Below, in pieces: positions 35,301-47,615 of a stretch of DNA of 64,000 bases; within the stretch, counting starts at the first letter, position 1, and every line of letters begins with the position of its first letter. Both the position numbers and the translations under genes were made by a program. The notes under the pieces were generated by a model, which worked only from the letters and a program-made list of their open reading frames with translations, did not search any database and was not told the DNA's origin. This stretch comes from Carpediemonas membranifera BICM (taxonomy: Eukaryota > Protista > Fornicata), in assembly GCA_019828565.1 (NCBI GenBank), contig JAHDYR010000012.1:1669780-1733779 (forward strand), read 5' to 3'.

Positions 35301-38300
35301 TCTACACAGGCGAATCTTGGTCGACCCCTTGTGCCCGTTCGAAACCACCACTACGGGCGAGGCATATGGCCCGTGACTGTGGCGGATAATGTGCTGGAGG
35401 TGCATCTGCGTGACCTCCTGGCGCACCTTCTCTCGCTTTTCCTCCGAGAGGTGTCTCGGTTTTTGGTTGAACTCATTCACCCAGTCGTCGGAAATGAAAT
35501 CAATAGACATCGGTTCAAGCTTGCTACCTTCTGTAGGGAGCTCTTCCTCGAACACTTCTTCGTATGCAGCGCAGATCTCTCGTGCTGCTGCGCCGGTTTC
35601 GTTCTCGCCGAACTCGATCTTATCGATTTCGGTCTTGATGCTCCTATTATCAGCGTGTTCCGCCGATAAGTAGCTGTGGTTGTAAGGGAGGATGTCATCT
35701 TCCTTCTCCGGGCCTTCTGGCGACGGGAAAGGGAGGAAGATTCCTCTGTCGCTGATGAACCCGAGGGCTCTCAGCTGATCTACGCCCAATAGGAGCTTCT
35801 CCACAGGACCTGGGAGTACTCTGAAGCTGATGTTCTTGACTATGGGTCTCGTGGTCAGGTGTGGGAGCTCGACGCGGAGCTCAACCATCTCATTACCCTT
35901 GACGGTGCTACCTCCCGCCAGCGAGACGATAAACGGTTGGCACTTCTTCGGCTTGATGGAGTTGTCACGCTCTCTCAGAGTGTGAAGCAGTCGGCTGCTA
36001 ATGAATGAGACCCCGGCTCCCGTGTCAACCGTAGCAGAATAGGAGGAGTGATTTATGACAGCCTCCGTGTGGAGAGCTTCAGCATCACCCTCCTCTGCCG
36101 TGTGCGCCTCGAAGGGCGTCTTCTTCGGGGGGTTAGGGCGGAGCTGGCCGCTCTCGCGGGTCCGGCCCCCGAGCTTAGGGCAATCTGAGTCCCAGTGCTC
36201 GCCTCCGCAAAGGCGGCACGGTCTAGTACGCTGCTTACGCGAGGACTGGGCGGCAGTGGTGGTCTTAGCAGCCTGGGGAGGCGCCTGACGGTGCTCCCGG
36301 TGGTCGTTGGCCTGCGAGGCGCCTGCAGAGGTGCTGGAGGCGGTCGTGGTCGTGGAGTTAGACGCATCCTCGAGCTTGGCGACGGTGCGTGCGATGTTGA
36401 TGAGGTCCTTGAGGGAGGACGGCTTGACGAACTGGCTCTCGAGCTCGATCCTTTCGTAGAGCGACTTCGGCTTGATCTTCTCCAGAAAGATCTTCCTTGC
36501 CGTCTTGTCGAAGGCGGCTGCTCGCTTCGCTGCGACGTCGGCGGCAGTGAGGAGTGCCTCCTCCTCCACCACCTCGGCAGTGCCGTCTTCAAGCAGGCGG
36601 GCCATCTTTCGCTTCTCCTTGCCAAAGAGCGCTGCTAGGCTCTCGCTGCCCTCCTTCGCGGCGGAACGAAGGGCGTAATCTGCGAGTTCCACGAAATCGG
36701 CGCCCAGCTGGCGGACGACAGAGAGATTCGAGGGGTAACCCTCGGTACCCAGCTTCGGGCACAGCACAGCACGCAGCTGGCGTTTAAGTTCGAGCAGGGA
36801 ACGGGGTGTGGCCTCGGATTCGAGGAACTCATATACTTGGTTGGAGGTGGCGCTCTCAGCGCTCACACCGAGGGTTGCTTCTAATTCTTCCTGTAACTCC
36901 TCGCTAAGCAGGAGCCCGGTAGCATAGTCGGGGATCCGAGCGCGAAACACGCGAACCTCGGCTTTGAATTTCTTAACACCGCGAGGATCGAGCTCCTTGG
37001 CCGACATACGCGGGAAATTATAATCGATTTCCAACTGAACCATTACGAGTGATCACTATGACGTTGTCGGTGGGAAACATTTTAATCTCGACACAATGGT
37101 GTCGTAATCATCAACTGATTAAATGATAAGGAGTCTACGACACGGCTAAGGCCAGGAGGTGGCAGAGGGACTTGTCACCCCTACCAGGGAGCTTGCGTCG
37201 GATAGCGTCCATCTCATGGTGCCAAGTGGCGGCGCGATGCAGGTCCAGTTCAGGTAGTGCCTGGGCAAGTTTCATGAAGGCCTGAAGATCGAGCAACACG
37301 CGACGCGCACAAGAAACACCCTTATGTTGGCGTTCGACGTCTTCGAGGGAGAACTCACACTCGAACCGCTGTTCACGGAGAGAATTCATAAGCGGGGTGA
37401 GTGTTAGAGCAATCGAATGGGCGTGCTCGCCCAACAGCCGATGGACCAGCCGGTTCAAGTCCGAAACGTCCGTTCCTGAGGCGTGGGAGAGCTGGCGAAC
37501 CGTAGTAGTCACGTCAGCAGGCTGGTTGGCTTCGGGCTGGCCGTCTGGCAGCGTTGGGGAGCTGTCATTCCCCGGGGCATCGTCCGAAGAAGTCGGCGAT
37601 TCGTCTTCTTCGCTGTCATCGTTCGAGCTCTCGTCTACCGACGAAGCGGGCTCTGAGTGACACACGGGACGGCGCACAAGCCTCTTGCGCCTCCTGTTGC
37701 CCGGTGCTACGCGTGACTGAAGAGAGAATTCGTTTACTTGGGGAAATCCGCATAGTTGGACCAAAGGTCAATCGTGGTCAAACCCACGTCACTACCCCCT
37801 TCGACGAGAAAAACCCACCTGCTAAAGGAAGGGAAAAGAGGGTACTTAGTACTTGTCGAGGGACTTACGAGCTTTGCGTGCCTTACGCTTGATGATCTCG
37901 AGGTGCTTTATGGCACCGAGAGGCTCGTCGGTCAATTCATCGTAGCCTAGCCACTTGACCCGGGCTGAACCCTTTTTCCAGTCGATAGATACTATATCTT
38001 CGACTCTGTACTGCTCCTGATCCGACTCAGCTAGCTGCCTCATAAGGTCTTCGCTAACATCAGTCTCGAACTTCATCAGCTTGTCAATATGCGTAGCCTT
38101 GAGCCGGTTATCGCTTAGCGACATGAGCTTAGCTCTGTTGTTAGGGGAGTACCTCTACCACCTTCCACGGACCTGTGTGGGGTGTGTCAAGTTTTTGAGG
38201 GGCTTCGTTCTTCCAAAGAACGTAGTCCCCTGGCTCTAAGCCTGTGGTCTCGATCGGGCTCTGGTGAGGCCCTACTGCCTGTTTTGCCGCCTCTTCGAGG

Positions 38301-41300
38301 TTAGCCAGGGTGACCTTAAGGTTTTCGTAGAATCCTTTGTAGTCGAAGACGCCTAGCGTCTCTTCCGACCACAAAGTACTGTCCATTATGTTGTGTGGGT
38401 GGCCATAGACCAGCTCGTGGGGGGTAAATCCCGTGGCCGCCTGCAGTGTACCGTTGATTATCATCCGTACTGTTGGAAGTAGGGTCCAGGGACCAGTCGT
38501 CCTTAGGAGCGATAGAGAGAGCCATCCACCTTAGGTGTCTTGCTACCTCGGCGTTACGCCTCTCCGCCAGCCCATTGCTTTGTGGGTGGTAAGGTGTCGT
38601 GAAGTGACGGCTGACCCGTAGGGTGTCCGTCAACGCTTTGACCATCTGGTTTGCGTATTCTGGTCCGTTGTCTGACAGGAGCTCCTTAGGTAGCCCGTGC
38701 CTCGAGAATACGTTGTCCCATAGGGCTTGCGCGACGGTGTCTCCGTCGATGCTCGCTACCGGAATGAGTTCCGTGTATCGCGTGAACATATCCGTCGCTA
38801 CAATGATGTAGCGGGCGCCCCTCGGATCCTTCGGTAGAGGTCCCATGGAGTCGACCGCTACGGTCTCCCAGGGTGACTTTCTAGTCGACGACCCAGCCTC
38901 AGGCTGCAGATAGTTCTTGATCCTCGCCTTAAGGCAGATCGGGCATGTGCGAACAATCCGCTTGCAGTCTTGCAACATGCCTGGCCAATAGGCCATGGTC
39001 CTCAGGCGCTGGTACGTAGCGTTGGTTCCACTATGGAACTGGTGTGCGACCTTGAGGTACCGCGAGCGAATATCGCCTTCTGGTATAATGGGGACGGCGT
39101 CCTTCAAGTAAACGCCGTCCACCAGGGTTACTCCGTCGAGTTTCACCCAACCTTCCTTAGTAGACTCGGGCTGCTTGGCCTGGTCATCCCGAACCTCCTC
39201 TAAGGATGGTCCCAGGGTCGCTTCCCCCACGTCTAGCAGGTTCGCTTGTTCCTGGTTACCAGAAGGAATATCCCTCGACAGCATATCCGCCATCTTGTTT
39301 GACTCACCCGCAATATGCGTGATGGAGAAATTGTAGTCTGATAGAATCATAACCCATCTGAGCAGCTTTTTTTGAAAGTTCTTTTCTCTTCAAGAGATAG
39401 ACTAAGTTCTGGTGATCAGTATGAATCTCGATCTCGTCTTTAAGACGGAAAAGCTGTGCCATGTCGGGACGAGTCAGACAGTAGATGATGGCGTGGAGTT
39501 CTTGCTCATATGTGGGCCAACGCGACTGAGCCGGCGTGTGGACACCTGCGAAGAAACTCACTAGTTGGCGATTTCCGCCGTCACTGTCCTCCTGGTACAG
39601 GATTCCCCCTAGACCCTCATTCGACGCGTCCGTCTCGAGGATCCATCTCTTAGAGATGTCAGGGAAGCTTAGAACAGTGTCAGATGTAAGCTTAGCTTTG
39701 TAGGCTTCGAAAGCTTGGGTATGCTCGTCCGTCCAAAGGTCGGAGAGTGAGCCCTTGACCTTTAAGGCGGTGGTGAGTAGGTGGTTCAGGGGACGGAGTG
39801 TCCGAGCAGCGTCTTCGATGAACTGCGCAATGTAGTTGAATGAACCTAGCACCCTCTGGAGTGACTTAGCCGTCTCAGGGACTGGAATATCCCAGATCGC
39901 CTGTACACGCGATGGAGCCAGCTGCTTCCCTCTCTCAGAGACGATATAGCCTACGGCCTCCACGTGGTCCGTGCCGATTTTGCACTTGCCTGCGTTCAAG
40001 CGTAGCTTGTACTCGCGGCAGATGGAGAAGACTTTCTCCATCAGGGCGACGAACTCGTCCTCCGAGCGAGCATATACCATGATATCATCAAGGTATATGT
40101 CGACTCCTTTATGGAGGATTTCCGCAAAGGCCCGCTGCATAGCACGCTGGAACCTTGAGGGAGCGTTCGTCAGACCAAAAGGACACCTAGTGAACTCGAA
40201 GTACGAGTCCGGGGTAACGAACGCGGTCTTAGGAATATCCTTTTCACTCATGTTCATCTGATAGTACCCCTGCCTTAGGTCTAGGCCTGCAAAATATTTG
40301 CAGCCTGCCGCGCGATCCACGAAATGTCTAACATTTGGGATCGGGAACTTGTCCTTGATCGTTAGGTCGTTCAGCTCTTTGTAATCTACGCAGAGTCTGA
40401 TTTTCTGGGAGCCCTTGTGACCTTTCTTCACCACCACTATGGGGGAACTGTAAGGGCCTCGAGACTCACGGATAATCCCAGATCTCCAGAGTTCCTCGAG
40501 CTCGGTCGCTACAAGCGCCGCTGTCGCGTCGGCAAGGCCTCTAGCTCTCGCCTGGACAATGTCCCGCTCGTTTACGAGCTCTATAGTCATCTCCTCCAGG
40601 TTAGACCCTTCTGCGGGGAGAGACTCTTCCCAAATATCGGGGAAAGCGGACACGAGCTCTTCGAGCTGGGGCTTTATCGCTGAGTCCGGAATATCCGGGT
40701 GGTTCTCTTCCACTTCAGCTGTGTTCAGATCCTCGTCGAGGTATCTGTGAGTGAATGGAACCCACTCTGATTCGTCCTCTGAGCCTAGCTTCTCGAGGTT
40801 GAAGTTGAGTGTCTCATCGTCGATGAACTTGAGCGACCTAAGAAGGTCACAGCCCAATAGGACCTTAAAGGCTTCACCTGGAAGCACATAGAACTTCCAG
40901 GTCGTCGTAATGGGCACTGGGCCGAGCCGTTCTAGACGGAAGGTGAGCGTAGCTACTTGGTTCGTCCGAACCTTGTGGTTATCCCCTAGGGTCACAGTGA
41001 TCCACTCTCCAGTGTCAACTGATACAGAGTCCCTGGGTAGCTGGCGTACAGCCTTCTGGCTCATAAAGCATATACTTGCTCCAGTGTCGACAGTAAAAGA
41101 ATACTCACGGCCATTTATAGTTGCCGTGGTTGTCATGGGACCGGCAGACGAAGTCTGGGCCGCGTTGGCCTGAGCCTGGCGCTCCTCAGCGGCGAACTTC
41201 GGGTGCTGAGGGCAGCGGTAGTCCTTGTGCCAGCCCTGACAAAACTTGCAGGGTCTGGTAAGAGGCTGAGGAGCCTGCTGGCCCGAAGGGCGCTGACCCT

Positions 41301-42337
41301 GAGGTCTGGAGAGGTTGGGGCCCTGAGGGCGCTGGCTGTTGGCAGGATGCGTAGGGCCTCGGCCCACACGCTTGACGTGGCCGGCTGGAGCCGGGACGTG
41401 GGCCTTCGGGCCCCTGGGGGGACCCTGGCGGTCAAGGAACTTAGCCGCCTTGACCGCCGACTTGACTGTATCGTCGAAGGAGTCATCGCCCCATAGGAGC
41501 GAGATCCATCTCGTCTTAGTCTTCAGGGCCTTAGGCCGCTGGAGGAGCGTCGATGAGCAGTCTGCTACAGAGCTGCTCAAAGCGGTGACGTCTGGAGGAT
41601 ACCTCCTCGTCCGTGGCGGCCTCGGGGAGGTCCTCGCCCGGAGGAAGGGAGTCGAAGAGACGCATCCGGTTTCGGAAGCTGGCGACCAGCACACGGGTTG
41701 CTCGCTCGATAGAACCCATGGCGGTGCCGTTGGGGACATTACGGGTACTGTCCCAGTCAAGAGAGAGAGATGCTAGGTTATCTAGCAGGTCGATGACGTT
41801 GTCAGGAGTTACGAGCTTGCGCATCAGAGTGGAGAGTTGATCAAGGGTAGCTCTCGTGAAATCGACGTCGGGGTATTGTGCTTGAAGTTCTGTGATGTCT
41901 TCGAGTGACAAGAAGTCCGTGGGAGCAACCTTGCTGTTCGTTGCAAGGAAAATCCTGCCCATACGCTCAAAGGCGTCGATACTCTCGATGGTTGCATCTT
42001 TCAGCTTGATAGTGGGGTAATTACCTGTAACGGTGTTGATTGAAGTACTCATGAACTAGTTCTAGAACTGAAGAGAGAATTCGTTTACTTGGGGAAATCC
42101 GCATAGTTGGACCAAAGGTCAATCGTGGTCAAACCCACGTCATGACGATCGCAGATTTTGGATGTCGGAGCCCAATGTTGCACAACGGCGCTGCAGAGAA
42201 CGCATTCGAGGATCATCAGATTCCTCAGAAGCTACTAGCTGCAGCAACCGCGCCAATTCCCCCAAATGTTCCGTCACCATTTGCACCAAGATTGGTGCAA
42301 AATGAAACATCCCAATCCCGAATGGAAAGCCGCTCAA
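32319..42337 (-). CDS. D antisense accessory ORF, 382 aa after removing F and G (42337-42143 + 37713-37143 + 32701-32319); C-terminal chromodomain-like region
   Basis: Both junctions restore the frame exactly (NLRSS-RVAP; LALA-VFPG). C-terminal TYRLERVVGSR..LLTLKWEDY. Confidence 0.75.
32706..37142 (-). mobile_element. Element F: chromodomain Gypsy element, 84-bp LTRs; gag-pol 37043 to ~32782 with frameshifts
   Basis: Identical LTRs at 32706-32789 and 37059-37142. TSD CGGC. CRLCGGEHWDSDC, VDTGA, YIDD, IKWEGY. Related to E. Confidence 0.93.
37048..37057. promoter_or_regulatory. Palindrome at PBS position of F: AGTGATCACT
   Basis: Perfect 10-bp palindrome 1 nt from the 5' LTR end. Confidence 0.85.
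37718..42142 (-). mobile_element. Element G: chromodomain Gypsy element, 74-bp LTRs; gag-pol 42052-37846 with several frameshifts or stops
   Basis: Identical LTRs at 37718-37791 and 42069-42142. TSD TGAC. CKFCQGWHKDYRC, VDTGA, YLDD, VKWLGYDELTDEP. Confidence 0.93.
42058..42069. promoter_or_regulatory. Palindrome at PBS position of G: AGTTCTAGAACT
   Basis: Perfect 12-bp palindrome overlapping the 5' LTR end. Confidence 0.85.
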
Positions 42338-42508
42338 ACATGGAGTTATGATCTCTTTATTGTTGTCTTGATGTTGTTTAGTCGTTTAGTAGCTCTGTAG
42401 TGGGTCTTACCCAATACTTACATAGTTTATGACTTATAGATTACACCATATTTGCAACCATTGGGTTTTCTCTTTATTAAAGTTCTTTCCCTCCTCCAGT
42501 AGGAGCAC

Positions 42509-42520
42509 ATTAGATCTAAT
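42509..42520. promoter_or_regulatory. Palindrome at PBS position of H: ATTAGATCTAAT
   Basis: Perfect 12-bp palindrome overlapping the 5' LTR end. Confidence 0.85.
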
Positions 42521-45500
42521 CCAAGCCTATGGAGAGTAGAAAGGTAACTCCCCCGTTGTTGAAAGCTCCAACGATGCCCGCGTTGATCAAGTTCGTGGAC
42601 GAACTCTCGGACTACCGGGCGTTGGGCGGAAAACAAGACATTGATCTACTTGTGGATAAGACCATTCGCGATTACGTCACAGACACGATTGGTGACGAAT
42701 CTGATGGCGAAGAGAGCGTCCCTCTCATCGTCAAGAAGGCATCTCAGCAGAAGCGCAAAGCTCGCGACCTATTCGTGGTCAAACGCTTGGGTAGGACACT
42801 TCGTCCCACCAGGGAGATCGCGCGCCTAGAGCTGTTCCGAGCGCGCGCCGCTAACTTCTCCCCTGCCGAGGTCGTGAAGATCAACCGTAAGTTCACTACG
42901 CTCTTAGCCGTGGTGCAGCCAGACTCGTCCGAAGAGGTCCTGAGAGAGACGTACGCGCGGTGCTTCAAGTTCGGTTCTAGCTCCCGCACAATGTACCGCG
43001 TCAAAGAGCTGATCGAGGGCCAAGCGTTGCTCGAAGCCATGCCCAAGGTCCTGGCCATGAGCCGCGATGTTCAAGAGAGCAGGGAGATCACCGAAGCCTT
43101 TGGCGATCAACCTGTCTCTAACAAACATCAACGCTTTAACCAGCACAAGCCGAAACGTGACAGTCAACCGTTGAACCACGGTACCCATGAGAGCCACCAA
43201 CATTCCGAAGCGAAGAAGGACATGAAGCGACTCGACACACGCAACCACACGGATCGCAAGAAGAAGTTCGACACCTACACGTGTTTCAACTGTGGCAAGT
43301 CGGGCCACCCATGGCACAAATGCCCAGTCCCGAAGCATAAGTGTTCAGCCTGCGGTCGGGAAGGTCACCTGGAGAAGTTCTGCCGGGGTAAACAGCCCCT
43401 CTACGTTCTTTCAACTTCTACAGAAGATGCATTCCTCAGCTAACCTTCCCCTAGTCAAGGCCAAGTTCCAGCAGACCGTAATCTCCATCCTGTTAGACTC
43501 AGGCGCGAACGTGTCCGTCATTCACTCAGAGTTAGCGAAAGGCATGAAGCGCGACAGCCCCAACCACAACCCAGACGTGCAGACGGCCAACGGCCGAAAG
43601 TGTTCCCAAGGCGTGGTGACGACTGACATCAAGCTGCTACCCTCGGCGTTTACACCCAGACAGTGTTCATGCCAGATCACGTGCCTGGTACTAGACACGG
43701 ACTTCGATATGATCCTCGGGTACCCAGATATGGTGGATTTAGGTATCATGCCCCGCGTGGGCCAAGACACCCAACTCGAGGGACCAGACGCATCGATCCC
43801 GCAAGCCACCAAACAACAGGCAGCCGTGTATCAACTCAGCGCAGATACAGCCGACGAACAGGCGCGTATCATCAAGGAGTTCAACTCACTGTTTCTGGAC
43901 CGAGACGAGCCGAGTGTCCTCGAGCCGTACGATCTGATCCTCTCAGGCAACAGAGTGGTCAACGCCAGACCCTACTACATCCCGCAGCAGAAGGTTCATG
44001 TCATCAAGGAGCACCTCGACGTTCTGCTCGCGAAGAGGTATATCGAAGCGTGCCAGAGTGAGTACGCCAGCCCTGCCATGACGGTGCCGAAGAAGGGAGG
44101 CAAGACTAGGTTCGTAGTCGACTTCAGGGAGGTCAACGCGATGACAGCGCCGTTTGACTACCCGATACCGCGAATAGACGAAGTTTTAGCCCAGCTCTCC
44201 GGCATGAAGGTGTTCGCCACACTCGATTTATCCGCAGGATATCATCAGGTCGCCCTGTCGGAGCGGTGCAGAAAGTACACCGCGTTCACTACGCAACTAG
44301 GCCAATTCCAGTACAGACGCATGCCGTTCGGACTCCGCAATGCTGGAGCTCATTTCCAGAGAGCTATGGAGAAGGCGTTCCGAGGTCTGGTCGGGTCAGC
44401 ATGCCACATATATATCGACGACGTCATCGTCTTCGGCGCGACCGAGGCGGAGTATCTTTCAAACCTCCGCAAGGTGCTGCTCAGGGCTAAGGAGACCAAG
44501 TTGCAGCTCAACCGGGAGAAGTGTCAATTTGGGCGTGAGGAGGTCGAGTTCCTCGGCTGGGTAATCAGAGACGGCACCTACGACATTTCACCGGAGCGTG
44601 CCCAAGACGTTAGCGACCTGGTCCTTCCCAAATCCGTCAGGGGGATGCAGGGACTAGTCGGATTCCTCAATTATTTCAGGGACTTCGTGAACGACTTTGC
44701 CGTGATCGCCAAGCCGCTGACTGACGCAATGGCAGGCAAGATCCAGATCGGCGGCGCACAACAGCAAGACGCGCTCGATCGCCTCAAGAAGGCACTCACC
44801 TCCAAGCATACCCTACAGCTGTTCGACGCAACCAAGGAGCATACTGTCATGACAGACGCATCCGGACTCGGATACGGCGCAGTGCTTTTGCAAGAAGGCA
44901 AGCCCGTGTGCTACATGAGTAAGGCGTTCAATGACGTGCAGTCGCGCTGGGCCACGAACGAGAAGGAGGCTTATGCCATCGTCGCAGCCCTGCAGAAGTG
45001 GCGGAAGTTCCTGTCGTGGGGAAAGTTCACCCTGCTGACAGATCACCGCAATCTACTATTCATGTATCGCAGCGTCAACTCGAAGGTGAAGCGCTGGGCC
45101 GACGCGATAGCGGACCTGGATTTCGACATTCAACACATCCCGGGTCTAGATAACGGCGCAGCCGATGGCCTATCGAGAGTGTTCACAGTGAGACAAACAG
45201 CGTCGACGACCGATATTAAGACGGCGCATGAGACCGCTGGGGCACATCTATCGAGGAGGATGACCATAGAGCGACTGAGAGCCGACAATATGTCTGTATC
45301 ACGTGCCGCAGTCGACGAGTACGTGTCCGCCTGTCCAGTGTGCCAAGTGCTCGAGCGTCCACCTGTCGACCAGCCCGAGGCCCTATACACTGGTGTCGAT
45401 CAACCATTCAAGCGTGTAGCCATAGACACGATGGGTCCCTTCCCCGAGGCAGACGGTTATACTCATTTGACCGTGATCATAGACATGTGCAGTCGCTGGA

Positions 45501-46502
45501 TCGAGCTGGTACCCGTCAACGGCACCACGGGCGAGGCTGCGGCCAACGCCTTCGTCAACAACTGGGTGCTACGCTTTGGTTGCCCGGAGGTCCTCCAGTC
45601 AGACGGTGGTCCGGAGTTCAACAATCAGCTATTCCACAGACTCGCGACGGAGATGGGCTTCGAGACGCACATTACAACACCACACCACCCCCCAGTCGAA
45701 CGGCATGGTGGAGCGTGTCAACAAAGAAGTCCTGCGGATCCTGAAGGCGAGGAGATTTCACTTACACGATTCCAACTGGATACGTCACCTACCAGCAGCC
45801 TGCTTTATCCTCAACTCTACCCCGAGAATCCCGACGCGGTTAATCCCCGCTGAGGTAATATTTGGTTTCAATCTCAGGATTCCAGACAAGATATTCTTGA
45901 CCGACGTAGCTATAGCGAGCGCGAAACAGTACCATCGCGCGTCAGCTGAGGCAGCCATACAGCTCGCCAAGGCGAGAGCTCAAGCTATGAAGGAAGACGC
46001 GTGGTCGAAAGCGGCCTCATCACGGACTGAGATTCTCAGCAGGTTCGTGTTAGTCAAATACCCCGCTAGACCCCCAGACAAGCTATCCCCCGGCTGGCGC
46101 GGCCCAATGAGACGCGTCAACTGTATCAAGCAAGACGGTATCCCCGTAGCTTATGAGGTCCAAGACCTCACTGAGGGCAAGAGGGGCAAGACAATCAAGG
46201 TCGACGCAGCCAGAGTACGCAAGTTCAACCCAGGCACGCTATCAGAGTCGCAGATCAGGCAGATCGCCGCCACGGCGTTGGACGAGTACGAGATCGATCG
46301 CATATCGGACGATAGGGGCGCAGGGCCGGTCACGAAACGAGAGTACCTCGTGCACTGGCTCGGGTTTGAAGACGACGAAGCGACATGGGGGCCGTACGCT
46401 AACGTCAAGAAGACCGAGGCCCTTGAATTGTTCCTGAAGAAGAGCTAAGACATTTACAAGTGCCTGGTGACCGGGGTAAAGGGCACACACACACAAGATC
46501 GT

Positions 46503-47615
46503 TTACTTGAACCAAGACGAGGGGCAGTGCTTAGTCAGCTTGTGAGCCCGGAGGAACTCGCGAGTGATGTCCAGTCGAGCCAACTCTCGGTCGACCGCGA
46601 CGATGGAAAGCCCCGGGAAGCCAACGTAGGCGATGAACAACAGAAGGACGCCTTCGCGATTGAAGTCGTGGCCGACGATGGCCTCGAGCTCATACTCGCG
46701 CTCAGGATCGGACGCCTGCAGACTGAGGCCGACCAGACGGGGAGGCAGAGCAGGCAGACCATGGGCGAGGTTACGGACGAGATAACCCCAGATCGCCGAC
46801 ACGTCGGCACCGCGAGAGGACGCGACATAGACGAGGCGGTAGTAGGCAGGGGCGAAGGTCATAATGGTCAGACGGTGGAGAGACAAGCGAAGCTCAGTCT
46901 CGGAGACGCCAATCCGTCCGCCCATGAGGTACTTAATCAGTGCGGGGCTGACCAAACGATGGGAGGCTCCAGTACCGGTGATGCTCATGTCGCCATCAGG
47001 ACATCGGGACATGATGTCACGATCAGAAGCCGGACCCAACTTGTAATAGAGCGCGATCGACTTCAAGACTGAGTGGTCAATGCGCAGGTCGCGCACCTGT
47101 CGAGCCAGCGTTTTCAGAGGACCGACGTCAAACTGGGCGAACCCCCCAGTCTCAATGGCGTCAAACACCGACTGAAACGGGAAGTCCACCCAGTTGACGT
47201 AGTTGTTGACGTGCTCAGTGACGAACGGCGTGAGCACACCGTCGAACTCGGTGAACGGCGGTAACTCAAAACCCTCAAGGGGGACAGAAGACAACAGCTT
47301 CTCGCGCACGGCAGTCGTGATTGTGGCGCTATATCAGCGTTAGGTTGATGTTGTTACTTACTTTTTGGCCGTTTTGCGGCTAGCGCGCTTACGGATCGCG
47401 CCAGAAGGAGCGGCAGCGGCAGAAGAAGCGGAAGGCAGCGTGGCCAGAAGATCCTGAAGCTCAGCGGGAGCAAGCTCCATGAGCTGCGAACGGATATCGG
47501 CAATAGACGACGCAGAAACCGTTTCCCCGCTTTTGGCATGCGAAAAGCGAAATGCCAAATCTGACAATTTAGTTCCGCGTCGAAACTCCCCCAAAATGCT
47601 GCCAAACAACGTCAT
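46503..47615 (-). CDS. H antisense accessory gene, 2 exons (47615-47362, 47328-46503; ~359 aa), C-terminal chromodomain-like region
   Basis: A 33-nt intron (GTAAGT..CTAAC..TAG, 47361-47329) removes the stop and joins ..RKTAK-NATITTAVREKLL.. in frame. C-terminal EYELEAIVGH..FIAYVGF. Start codon uncertain. Confidence 0.72.

Noticed and set aside
43420-45700. Programmed ribosomal frameshifts in H (and in A, E, F, G, K, L and the transposase)
   Set aside because: Close relatives B and D have a single gag-pol ORF. The shifts fall at scattered positions, often in homopolymers (C-run ~45690, T-runs ~22975 and ~39370), in elements with identical LTRs. They are more likely consensus errors or mutations.
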